Shown here piece by piece: positions 52,746-61,520 of a stretch of DNA of 64,000 bases. This stretch comes from Acidobacteriota bacterium (GTDB lineage Bacteria > Acidobacteriota > UBA890 > WLXD01), in NCBI GenBank assembly GCA_965248695.1, contig CBDFKD010000002.1, forward strand, positions 4,960,001 through 5,024,000. Direction: 5' to 3'. Below the pieces are notes generated by a model. It did no database searches. It was not told where the DNA came from and worked only from the letters and a program-made list of their open reading frames with translations. Both the position numbers and the translations under genes were made by a program. Every line of letters begins with the position of its first letter. Positions within the stretch are counted from its first letter, which is position 1.

Positions 52746-52865
52746 ATGGAAGAGCGATCGGGACCGCCACTCGAGATCGACAGCGAACCGTCCCCTTGGG
52801 TATGGCTGCTCATCTCGGCACTGGCTATCGGCTTTCGGCTGGCCGTGGACTGGCTAACGAGGTGA
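52746..52865 (+). CDS. Candidate 39-aa single-TM small protein
   Basis: GAAGG RBS; MEERSGPPLEIDSEPSPWVWLLISALAIGFRLAVDWLTR. Confidence 0.35.
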   Translation: MEERSGPPLEIDSEPSPWVWLLISALAIGFRLAVDWLTR

Positions 52866-52893
52866 TATCAAGATGCGCTGCCGTCAGCCGTCG

Positions 52894-53092
52894 CTAGTCA
52901 GCGCCTAGTTCCGTCAGTGCCTGATACGTGGTGATTCTCATGCGGTAGCGCGTGTCGTCGCTCCACGGCGATCCCAGCAGTTGCGTCATCAGGATCGCGA
53001 TCAGGTCCTCCTCGGGATGCGACCAACCGCAGGCCCTCCACGAACGCCAAAGTAGATAGCAAGAGCAGCGACAACGAGAGCGTGATCTTCGT
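52894..53092 (-). pseudogene. Serine hydrolase (beta-lactamase family) remnant with large internal deletion
   Basis: Signal-like (T)KITLSLSLLLLSTLAFVEGLRLVAS joined out of frame to C-terminal PEEDLIAILMTQLL..YQAL. Confidence 0.65.
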
Positions 53093-53235
53093 GCAATCCC
53101 CATAGACGAATGGCGCGATTCTTCGATCGATCGCCCATGCGTCGGTACAGGCCAACCAAAACAACGGAGCTGCCATGTACTTTCGTCTCGGTTGACCCAT
53201 CAACAAGATGGCGAGCGCCCAGGCCGCTCGCAAGG

Positions 53236-54516
53236 CTACAGGCCCCGTCGCATGTAGCGGCTGATGGCGTCGATGGCGCGCTCGATATCCACTTCCGTGT
53301 TGTAGAAGTGCGGCGAGAAGCGGATTCCACCCCGGTCCGACCCACCGCGAGACGCGGCAACGATGCCGTCCTCCTCGAGCGCTCCGAGAACTCGTCTGGC
53401 ATCGAGATTCCCGGGGCGGAAGGTGACTACCGCTGCACGCAATCGCGGATCTGCCGGGGTCCACATGTGAACGCCGTCGATCGCGTTCAGGCCTTCGATG
53501 AGCTGGCTGGCCAATCCTCGGCTCCGTGCCTCGATCTCGTTTTGACCGATCGATTGGAGGAACTCGATCTGCGTGCCGAAGGCCTGCAGCGCGGGGGTGT
53601 CGCGCTGACCCATGCCCTCGTGCGTGCGCGACAAGCCCGACCGTCCCGAGTAGGCGCTGTAGCTCGAGGGCCAGAAACGATCTTGGACCCGCGCGTTGAC
53701 GTACAGCACTCCGGTCTCCTTCGGGCCGCACGGCCATTTATGAGCGCTGCCCGAATAGAAATCCGGCTGGATATCGGACAAGTCCACGTCCAGCAGGCCG
53801 AACGACTGGGCGCCGTCGATCAATGAAATGACGCCGCGTTCTCTGGCCAGGGCACAGAGCTCTTTGGCGGGAAAGAGATCTCCCGCGGTGTTGCTCTGGT
53901 GCATGAAGGTCAGGACGCGCGTTTTCGCCGTGATGGCACGCTCGAACGCCGAGATGTAGTACTCGAATCCGGGGTGCGGATTGACTTGCTCCACTTCCCG
54001 TACGGTGTAGCCGAAACGTTCCGCCTTGCCCTTCCACGCCTCGTTGTTGCTGGGGTGGTTGTCCGAGAAGATCAGGACCTCGTCGCCCGGCCCCAGGTCG
54101 AGCCCGTTCGACACCCAGTTGTTCGCCTCGCTCGTGTTTCTCGTAATGAGGATCTCTTCGGGCGTGACGCGCAGGAATCCGGCGAGCAGCTCGCGCGTAC
54201 GTTCCTTGCCCGCACCGATCTCGCTGCGATAGCTGGGAAACGGGGCACGATCCAGTTGTTCGGTGTGCTTGACGACCGACTCCATTACCAGGGCTGGGGC
54301 AGGGCACAGGTTCGCCGCATTCAGGACCGATACATCGGGTGGCATCAGGAATTGTGACCGAACGTCATCCCAGGCGACCGCGCCCGGGCGAAGAGATCGG
54401 GCCGAGAGCAGCGGAGGTTGAAACCCCGCGAAGCCCGGGTGTCCGAGCAGCGCGGCCGAGCCGCCGGCGGCGAAGAGGCGTGCGAAGTCACGACGGTTCA
54501 AGGGCATGCGGCGCAT
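53236..54516 (-). CDS. Tat-exported PLP-dependent class V aminotransferase-fold enzyme (CefD/EgtE-like)
   Basis: AGGAGG RBS, NRRDF Tat motif, ITRNTSEA, DGAQ, SAHKW, IRFSPHFYNT; no desulfurase catalytic-Cys motif. Confidence 0.88.
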   Translation of the reverse strand: MRRMPLNRRDFARLFAAGGSAALLGHPGFAGFQPPLLSARSLRPGAVAWDDVRSQFLMPPDVSVLNAANLCPAPALVMESVVKHTEQLDRAPFPSYRSEIGAGKERTRELLAGFLRVTPEEILITRNTSEANNWVSNGLDLGPGDEVLIFSDNHPSNNEAWKGKAERFGYTVREVEQVNPHPGFEYYISAFERAITAKTRVLTFMHQSNTAGDLFPAKELCALARERGVISLIDGAQSFGLLDVDLSDIQPDFYSGSAHKWPCGPKETGVLYVNARVQDRFWPSSYSAYSGRSGLSRTHEGMGQRDTPALQAFGTQIEFLQSIGQNEIEARSRGLASQLIEGLNAIDGVHMWTPADPRLRAAVVTFRPGNLDARRVLGALEEDGIVAASRGGSDRGGIRFSPHFYNTEVDIERAIDAISRYMRRGL

Positions 54517-54723
54517 GGGATCCTCCTGGGTCTGCACGGTGATGGAGCCAAACTACTGTTCGTGAGAGCGACCGGCAATACGTTGAGGTTCAGCTCGTCG
54601 CCGCAAGTCTCGCCAGCATGCGATTTGCACCGCCCCGGGACGGACCAGTGCGGTTGGCAGTCCGATCTGATACACACCGGCCAGGGGAGCACCCGAGCAC
54701 CTCCGAACGAGAGAGGCACAGCG

Positions 54724-56520
54724 ATGAAGGCACGGACCCTGCTGATTCTCGTCTTGCTGCTGACGCTTGCGCCCAGGGGGCACGCGCAAGAGGTCATCGC
54801 ACCGCCGGCCGTCGCCACTCGCGCAGTGGCGATGAACCCCATCAACCCGTCCGCAGCGGGTACGACGATCACCCTCACCGGCAAGGACCTCACGATCGAC
54901 GAGGTCGTCGCGGTGGCGCGCCACGGCGCGAAGGTGGAGTACGCTCCCGCGGCTCGGCAGCGCGCTCTCGACGCCTACAACCTCCTGCTCGAGGGCACAC
55001 GCCAGAACGTGCCCATCTATTTCTTCAATCGCGGCGCGGGTTCGGGGCGCGAGATCGCCATCTTCGAAGGGGATGCGCTCCTGCCCGAGAATGAGCAGAT
55101 GCTCCGAGACCGCCAGCTCGCAAGCTTCCGCCGCGGTGCTCGCTCGGGCGTCGGCCCGGTGGTCAGGGACGAGGAAATCGTGCGGGCGATGATGGTCGTT
55201 CGCGCCAACACCATGGTCTACGAGGCGGCCACGCCCGCGCTCACCCAGATGCTCATCGACCTGATCAACGAGAGGGTCACTCCTGTCGTCTGGTCGCGTG
55301 GCTCGCCGGGCGAGGGTGACCTGCCGATGATGTCCAACGTCGCCGGGACGATGGTTGGCGCCGGCGACGCGTACTGGAATGGGGTACGGATGACGGCGGC
55401 GGAGGCCCTGCAAAGGGCCGGTCTGGACGAGCTCGAGCCCTTTGCCGGTGACTCTGCGGCACTAGTGAGCTCGAACGCGTACTCGGCCGGCCAGGCCGCG
55501 CTGTTGCTCCACGAGGCCAGACGCATGCTCGACTGGTCGGACGTGACCTTCACGACAAGCATGCTCGGTCTCAATTCGAGCATCACACCGCTGACCGCCG
55601 TACCACAGAACGCCCGCCCTTTCCCGTACCAGAACATGCAGGCGCGGCGCCTGCTGAACCTCATACGCGGTAGCTACCTCTTCGACTACGAGGTAGACGG
55701 CGGCCGGATCATCCAGGACCCGCTCAGTTTTCGCGACTACAGTCAGCGCAACGGCGCGCTATGGGAGGCCTACGACCGGCTCAAGCGTAACGTCCTGATC
55801 CAGATCAACTCGTCCGACCACAACCCGGCTGTCGTGCCCGGCGCCAAGCCGAGCGACTCCTGGGAGCTCGATACCCCCTGGTTGAAGCGGTACTACATCG
55901 AGCCCGGCCCGTACTCGGAACAAGGCGGCTACATCGTCTCGAACGCGAACTTCGTGGCCCAACCCATGGCCAACGACCTGCAGGCCTTCTCGATGGCCGT
56001 TGCCGAAAGTCTGGCGGGTTCGGTGCAGCGTGTCATGCGCTTCCCGGACACGTTCTTCAGCGTTATCAGGCCGGCCGATGTTCTCTCCGCGGAGGTGCGC
56101 GCCAAGGCGCCCTCGGGGGGCAATGGCTGGGCGACCTCGGACCTCATGGCCGAGCTCCACACTCTGACGAACCCGTTACCGGCGCAGGGGCTTGCCCTCG
56201 TCCGCAACGTCGAGGACATGGAGTCGTATACGCGCCAACGCGTTGGGCGAGCTCGGCAGGCCGTAGACATCGCGCTTCGGATCATCGCGCAGGAGATGCT
56301 CTCAGCGAGCTACTGGGTCGAGGTCCGCAGAGCGCAGAACCCGGCCCGTTCGTTCGGTCGAGTGGCGGAGGATGCGCTGGCCGGCCTTCGCACTGTCCTG
56401 CCGTGGCAGGCGGATGAGCGGCCATCGATACCGGTAGGAGAGATCGTCTATGCGTTCATGCTGAGCAATCCGGCGGCTAATTACATCGGTGCTGAGGAGG
56501 GAAGCAGCGTTCCCCGCTGA
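54724..56520 (+). CDS. Exported aromatic amino acid lyase family protein lacking the MIO triad (ergothionase-like)
   Basis: Signal peptide; LTGKDLTIDEV, VRAMMVVRAN, RGSPGEGDL, QDPLSFR, INSSDHNP, ANF, VED. Confidence 0.88.
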   Translation: MKARTLLILVLLLTLAPRGHAQEVIAPPAVATRAVAMNPINPSAAGTTITLTGKDLTIDEVVAVARHGAKVEYAPAARQRALDAYNLLLEGTRQNVPIYFFNRGAGSGREIAIFEGDALLPENEQMLRDRQLASFRRGARSGVGPVVRDEEIVRAMMVVRANTMVYEAATPALTQMLIDLINERVTPVVWSRGSPGEGDLPMMSNVAGTMVGAGDAYWNGVRMTAAEALQRAGLDELEPFAGDSAALVSSNAYSAGQAALLLHEARRMLDWSDVTFTTSMLGLNSSITPLTAVPQNARPFPYQNMQARRLLNLIRGSYLFDYEVDGGRIIQDPLSFRDYSQRNGALWEAYDRLKRNVLIQINSSDHNPAVVPGAKPSDSWELDTPWLKRYYIEPGPYSEQGGYIVSNANFVAQPMANDLQAFSMAVAESLAGSVQRVMRFPDTFFSVIRPADVLSAEVRAKAPSGGNGWATSDLMAELHTLTNPLPAQGLALVRNVEDMESYTRQRVGRARQAVDIALRIIAQEMLSASYWVEVRRAQNPARSFGRVAEDALAGLRTVLPWQADERPSIPVGEIVYAFMLSNPAANYIGAEEGSSVPR

Positions 56521-56578
56521 CCGCAGCCCTGGGGGCGGCGATCGAGGGGCCGCGCGCGATGAGCGGTGGAGGTCGAGG

Positions 56579-58333
56579 ATGCAGAGAGTCACAGTGATGG
56601 CAGCTGCTGCGCTGCTGCTCGTGTCGTTCCTGGGCACGGCGGCCGCTCCTCAGGTCTCGAGCCCGGTCGTTGCCGAGGTGATCTATCGCAACGGCAAGAT
56701 CTTCAAGGGTCTCGACGAGAGCTTCGCAGATGCGGTCGCGGTTCGCGACGGCAGGATCGTCGCGGTGGGAGCCGACGAGTCGGTGCTCACGCACCGGGGC
56801 GAAGCGACACGGTTTGTCGATCTCGAAGGCCGCACGATGCTGCCGGGGTTCTTCGACAACCATATTCATCTCGGGCGCGACGGCCCACCGCTGATGGAGT
56901 GGAAGGGCGGTCTGATCGCCGAGGTGCCCGACTGGATCCGCGCCGCCACCGAAGTCACGAGCCTGCAGGACGCCTTGCGCGACAAGGCGGCTGCAACACC
57001 GCAGGGGGAGTGGATTCTAGGGGCTCTGAGCCGTGAGGTCTGGCCGAACCAGAGCCTGCCGACGCGGTGGGACCTGGACGAAGGCGCGTTCGACCACCCG
57101 GTGCTGCTGACCCGGGGCCCGCACACCACGATTCTCAATTCCCGTGCCCTGACCCTGGCGGGAATCAGCAACTCGACGCACTCCGCCGGCGGCGGCGAGA
57201 TCGGCAAAGACGCCGCCGGTGAGCCCGACGGCCGGCTCTACGACGCCGCGCGGCGCCTGGTTGCGGAGGTGGCGCCCTCGAGTGGTGCCGGTGTCATCGA
57301 TGAGCGTCAGGCGATCGAGAACATGCGGCGCAGCCTGCTCCAGCATGCCAGCGGAGGCGTGACGAGCGTAAACATCGCGTCGGTGCGGCCGGGCGAGCTG
57401 CGCACGATCCAGACCCTCTACGAGCGTCATGGCGAAGAGCTTCCGCGAGCCACGGTTCAGCTACGTCTGCGGCCCGGCTATGATGCCTATGACGATCTCG
57501 ACGTGGCGGTTCGCGAGTCCGTCCGGGAGCTGGAATCGATCGGGTTCGTCACCGGCTTCGGCGACGATCGCCTCCGGCTCGGTGCCATCAAGATGAGCAT
57601 TGACGGTGGCTTGAGCGCGCCGGCGTTCTGGTCGCTCGCACCCTATGAGAACCGGCCGGAGTTCCAGGGCGTCGTGCGCATTCCAGCTGCTGCCTTCTAC
57701 CCGGTGGCCCGGCGGGCTCACGAGCTGGGTTGGCAGCTCGGAATCCATACCATCGGCGACGGCGCCGCCGAGATGGTGGTGTCACAGCTGGAGCAGATCC
57801 TCACCGAACTGCCGCGCGAGAATCATCGCCACTACCTGCACCACGTGTCGGTGAAGCCGCCGCAGGAGACCATCGAAACGATGGCGCGCCTCGGCATCGG
57901 CGTTGCCAGCCAGCCGAGCTTCACCGTCGGTCTCGGAGCATTCGCCGTCGAGGCACTGGGCGGGAACCGCGAGGCGACGATGAACCCGACACGATCGCTG
58001 CTCGACGCCGGCATATGGGTGAGCTGGGGCTCGGACGGCGCCCCCTACGGTCCACGCGTCAGCCTGTGGACCGGGATCACGCGGAAGGGTTGGGACGATC
58101 GGGTGTACGGTGCGGCAGAGGCGGTTACGCGCTCGGAGGCCGTCCATCTGCATACGTGGGCACCGGCCTACCAGACCTTCTCGGAGGACGTGAAGGGGAC
58201 CATCGAGGTTGGCAAGCTGGCAGACTTCGTGGTGTTGGGAGCGGACCTGTTCACCATCGACGTGGATCGCATCCGCTACGTCACGATATTGCGGACGATC
58301 GTCGGGGGACGCGAGATCTACACGCGACACTAG
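56579..58333 (+). CDS. Exported amidohydrolase 3 (YtcJ-like)
   Basis: Signal peptide, PGFFDNHIH, IKMSIDG, HTIGD, GSD, GTIEVGKLADFVVL. Confidence 0.9.
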   Translation: MQRVTVMAAAALLLVSFLGTAAAPQVSSPVVAEVIYRNGKIFKGLDESFADAVAVRDGRIVAVGADESVLTHRGEATRFVDLEGRTMLPGFFDNHIHLGRDGPPLMEWKGGLIAEVPDWIRAATEVTSLQDALRDKAAATPQGEWILGALSREVWPNQSLPTRWDLDEGAFDHPVLLTRGPHTTILNSRALTLAGISNSTHSAGGGEIGKDAAGEPDGRLYDAARRLVAEVAPSSGAGVIDERQAIENMRRSLLQHASGGVTSVNIASVRPGELRTIQTLYERHGEELPRATVQLRLRPGYDAYDDLDVAVRESVRELESIGFVTGFGDDRLRLGAIKMSIDGGLSAPAFWSLAPYENRPEFQGVVRIPAAAFYPVARRAHELGWQLGIHTIGDGAAEMVVSQLEQILTELPRENHRHYLHHVSVKPPQETIETMARLGIGVASQPSFTVGLGAFAVEALGGNREATMNPTRSLLDAGIWVSWGSDGAPYGPRVSLWTGITRKGWDDRVYGAAEAVTRSEAVHLHTWAPAYQTFSEDVKGTIEVGKLADFVVLGADLFTIDVDRIRYVTILRTIVGGREIYTRH

Positions 58334-58342
58334 CGTGAATTG

Positions 58343-58963
58343 CTAGCGCGCGATTTCTGCCAGGGCGGGGACCAGATCTCCGTAGCCGGTAAAGCGACGC
58401 TCATACTCGAGGCCCAGAAAGTCTGCCGCTTCGCGCGCCAGCTCGTCCAACTGCGGATCATCCGTCTGGGCGATGTACAGCGCCGTTGTGTAGTTGCCGA
58501 AATACATCTCCAACAATTCCGGATGCCGGTCGAGCCCCAGTGGGCGTTTCAAGAACGCATCGAAGTTACGTGCGAAGAAATCCGTGATGAAGAATGTCGT
58601 CAGGTAGGCACCGTCTGCTTCTTCGAAGGCTTGATTGCCGATGTAGAACGAAAAGCAATGCGGCCCTTCGATGCGTGACACGCCGTGCTTTTCGCATACC
58701 TTGTCCAGCTCGCCGCAGGTGCCGCAATCGGCGTAGCCGACGAATACATGCTCATAGCCGTCAGCACGCGCCTTGTGGATTGCGGCGTCCATGGCCGGGG
58801 CTATTTTTTCCGGATGAAAGTGGTAGTCGGCGGGCAGGCACTTCAGGTCGACGTAGTCGAAACCCAGCTGCTCGTTTACCGCCAGGACTTCACGGGCAAT
58901 CATGCCGCAGGCGATGACGCGGATCTTTCGCTTCTGTGCTGTGCCCGCAGGGTGCGTGATCAT
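58343..58963 (-). CDS. DUF1638-family protein
   Basis: IACGMIAREV, CLPA..H..P..I, VGYADCGT.G, GPHCF, GLDRHPEL..MYFGNY. Confidence 0.82.
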   Translation of the reverse strand: MITHPAGTAQKRKIRVIACGMIAREVLAVNEQLGFDYVDLKCLPADYHFHPEKIAPAMDAAIHKARADGYEHVFVGYADCGTCGELDKVCEKHGVSRIEGPHCFSFYIGNQAFEEADGAYLTTFFITDFFARNFDAFLKRPLGLDRHPELLEMYFGNYTTALYIAQTDDPQLDELAREAADFLGLEYERRFTGYGDLVPALAEIAR

Positions 58964-59077
58964 GGCTCAAGCTTACAGGCAGCGATTGCTGCGGCACGAG
59001 CCGCGACAGCTCGTCGAACGCGGGTTTTCGCTGTTCCCTGGCGTTTCGCCCGAGGCACGCACCCGATCCCGGTCAGG

Positions 59078-60292
59078 CTACTTCACCGCCATGATTTGAA
59101 TTTGCACGACCCCACGACCAAGCGGCTGTTCGCCGACCACGGTCCAAGCCGGATAATCCCCCGTGAAGACCTCGCGGTACGCATCAACCATCGCAGGGTA
59201 ATCCCGCGTGTCACTCAGAAGAACCCATGCATCAACGACGTGCCGCCACTCGAAGCCGGCTGCTTTCAACCCACGACCCAGCCTGGCCAGCACCTCCCGC
59301 GTCTGCGCGTTCGCGTCGCCTCTGGTCGCGTCGGTCACGCCCTGGATTCCGCTGCTGAACAAGCGATTGCCAACAACGACCATGGGGCTCGCTGAGGGTG
59401 CGACGTCAGCATTCGGAATGCTGATAATCGTTTTCGGAGCCTCGACGGAGATAGTGGTGATCTCATCAAGGATGGTGCCCATGATGCCGGCCCTGAGGGT
59501 CGCCCGCGCCGGAGGGTCTTTAGGGAAGAAAGCGCGATAGGCCTCGTCCATCTCGTTCGCCAGCGCCTGATCCTGTACATAGACACGCGAGAAGACGACG
59601 TCGGCATGTGACATTCCAGCCGTCGACAACGCCTCCCCGATATCAGTCAGGGTTTGGGTCACATCCTTTCGCATGTCGCCACGTATGTACTGGCCCCCTC
59701 GCTTGTTGCTGGCGACGAGTCCCGAAATCCACAGCGTGTCGCCTGACTTGATTGCCCACGGGTAGGGCAGATTTGACTTCCCCCATTCCGCGGGTTGGAC
59801 GATTGTGCGCTCAGCTCCCTTGCGCAGTGCGATGATCGTGATCTCCACTAGGGCTGCGGATGGTGCCAATAGGTCGCCGGCCATGGTGGTCCGGACCGGG
59901 AGATCCAAATCGTCGCCTCGCGCGGTCTTGTGGGTGGTCTTGGGCCAGCCTGGATAGGCCTTGTACTCCTCGTTCATGGCCCTGAAGTCACCCTTGCTCC
60001 GCAGGTACACGTAACTCGAAACCGCCTGTTCAAGGCTGGTGTCTGCGTCGTGCAGGATCGCGGAGATGTTGTCGAGAGCCCGCCGAGTCTGGGTCTTGAT
60101 GTCGCCGAACCTACCGTCAGGTTCGCGTCCGAACTGTCCGGAGACGTACACGTAGTCGCCGGCGACCACTGCCGCACTTGCCGGCATATCGCGGTCCCCG
60201 CCGGTCATCTTGATGACCCGTTTGCCGCCCTGGCCCAGAGTCGCCACCTGAATCGCTCCGACTAGCAGAATGACGCCACCGATCGCGCGCAC
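59078..60292 (-). CDS. Exported protein with three tandem RidA/YjgF domains
   Basis: Hydrophobic N-terminus; repeats YVYVSGQ/TLWISGL/RLFSSGI, PVRTT/PARAT/PAWTV, VEI/DEI/VQI. Confidence 0.85.
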   Translation of the reverse strand: MRAIGGVILLVGAIQVATLGQGGKRVIKMTGGDRDMPASAAVVAGDYVYVSGQFGREPDGRFGDIKTQTRRALDNISAILHDADTSLEQAVSSYVYLRSKGDFRAMNEEYKAYPGWPKTTHKTARGDDLDLPVRTTMAGDLLAPSAALVEITIIALRKGAERTIVQPAEWGKSNLPYPWAIKSGDTLWISGLVASNKRGGQYIRGDMRKDVTQTLTDIGEALSTAGMSHADVVFSRVYVQDQALANEMDEAYRAFFPKDPPARATLRAGIMGTILDEITTISVEAPKTIISIPNADVAPSASPMVVVGNRLFSSGIQGVTDATRGDANAQTREVLARLGRGLKAAGFEWRHVVDAWVLLSDTRDYPAMVDAYREVFTGDYPAWTVVGEQPLGRGVVQIQIMAVK

Positions 60293-60300
60293 GAGCCGCT

Positions 60301-61143
60301 TCAGCTCGTCGGCTTGGTGAACTTCAACAGGTAGCGATCGGTGTCGTGGCGGCCATCATAGGTGCCCTCGTCGAAGCCCGAAGTGCTACGGTCGTCAGCC
60401 GGGTTTGCCAGCATGTCGGAGCGCCCCGAGAGCTCGAAGCCCCCGGCGGTGAACTCGTCGATTACGGTTTGCTCGTTGAGGCGATGCGTCTCCGAGTCCC
60501 ATCCGGGCCTGTTGCTGGCTGCCTCGACGATGCCCACCACTCCGCCTGGCTTCAGGGCTCGGAGCATCTCGGTCACCGCCTCGGGGCGAGAGGGGCCAGG
60601 GACGGTCGCGAGGTCGTGGTAGCTGCGCACCGCGACCATGACGTCGACGCTCCCCGATTTCATATCCGCAAGCTTGTCGAGTAGCTCGACGTTGCTCAGC
60701 CCATGGCCCTGGATACGCTGCTGCAAGCCCTCTCTCGTGGAGTAGTCGGTGTCCAGACCGAAGAAACCCAGGACACTCAGCACGTGCCCGTCCGCGCCCA
60801 TCAGGCGTGACATCAAGTGAGTGTTGTAGCCCTCGGCAGGCCACAGATCCGCAACCGTCATGCCTGGCTGCATGCCCAGCCACTCGTAGACATCGATTGC
60901 TTTGCGGCCAACATCCTCGGTGCGCTCGGCATCGGGGCGCGTCGGGTCATCGAGGACAGAGCGATCCAGCAGCGTCACGGCCGAATCTTGTGGCAAGGCC
61001 GAGGCAGTCTCGTCCGGGGCTAGTGGCTGGGTTTCCGGGCTACAGGCGATCATCGTTACCGCCACTCCCACGAGCAACGAGAGCAAGTGCGTATCTCCGA
61101 CGACGGCGTGATTGGTACGCTTGAACCGATTCGCCTGTCTCAC
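60301..61143 (-). CDS. SAM-dependent methyltransferase-like lipoprotein (COG4798-like)
   Basis: AAAGGAG RBS, lipobox MIAC, PGMTVADL...GY.T, YHD, ALKPGG, NPADD, TDRYLLKF.KP. Confidence 0.82.
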   Translation of the reverse strand: MRQANRFKRTNHAVVGDTHLLSLLVGVAVTMIACSPETQPLAPDETASALPQDSAVTLLDRSVLDDPTRPDAERTEDVGRKAIDVYEWLGMQPGMTVADLWPAEGYNTHLMSRLMGADGHVLSVLGFFGLDTDYSTREGLQQRIQGHGLSNVELLDKLADMKSGSVDVMVAVRSYHDLATVPGPSRPEAVTEMLRALKPGGVVGIVEAASNRPGWDSETHRLNEQTVIDEFTAGGFELSGRSDMLANPADDRSTSGFDEGTYDGRHDTDRYLLKFTKPTS

Positions 61144-61241
61144 CGTTGATCTCCTTTCACCGGGGCAAAAGACCTGTATCCCGTGGGCTAGGGGGCTGCC
61201 GATTCACTCGACAAGAGCGTCAACGAACTCACGACTCCCGG

Positions 61242-61520
61242 CTAGTGGCCTGTAACAGGGAATTCGATAGTGCCGTGGTGGCGAGATGGGGTCGAATGCA
61301 AGGCGCTCCGACGAGTCGATGTTGGTGCATCTTGGAGGAGGAGCAACGCCGCAGGCGGCCCGATCTCGCCGCCATCCTGCGGACAGATGGGCAGTTGCGG
61401 GCGATATCGGCGTTGCGACTCGTCGACGATGCCCGACGGCATCGCCATCCTCGCCGCGCCTCGATCTCGCCCGCAAATCCCATCTGCGGCACTATCGAAT
61501 TCCCTGTTACAGACCACTAG
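61242..61520 (-). mobile_element. Full MITE-like element, 279 bp, 34-bp terminal inverted repeats (1 mismatch), opposite orientation to the 12453 copy
   Basis: CTAGTGGCCTGTAACAGGGAATTCGATAGTGCCG ... CGGCACTATCGAATTCCCTGTTACAGACCACTAG; interior homologous to 12453-12729. Confidence 0.92.
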
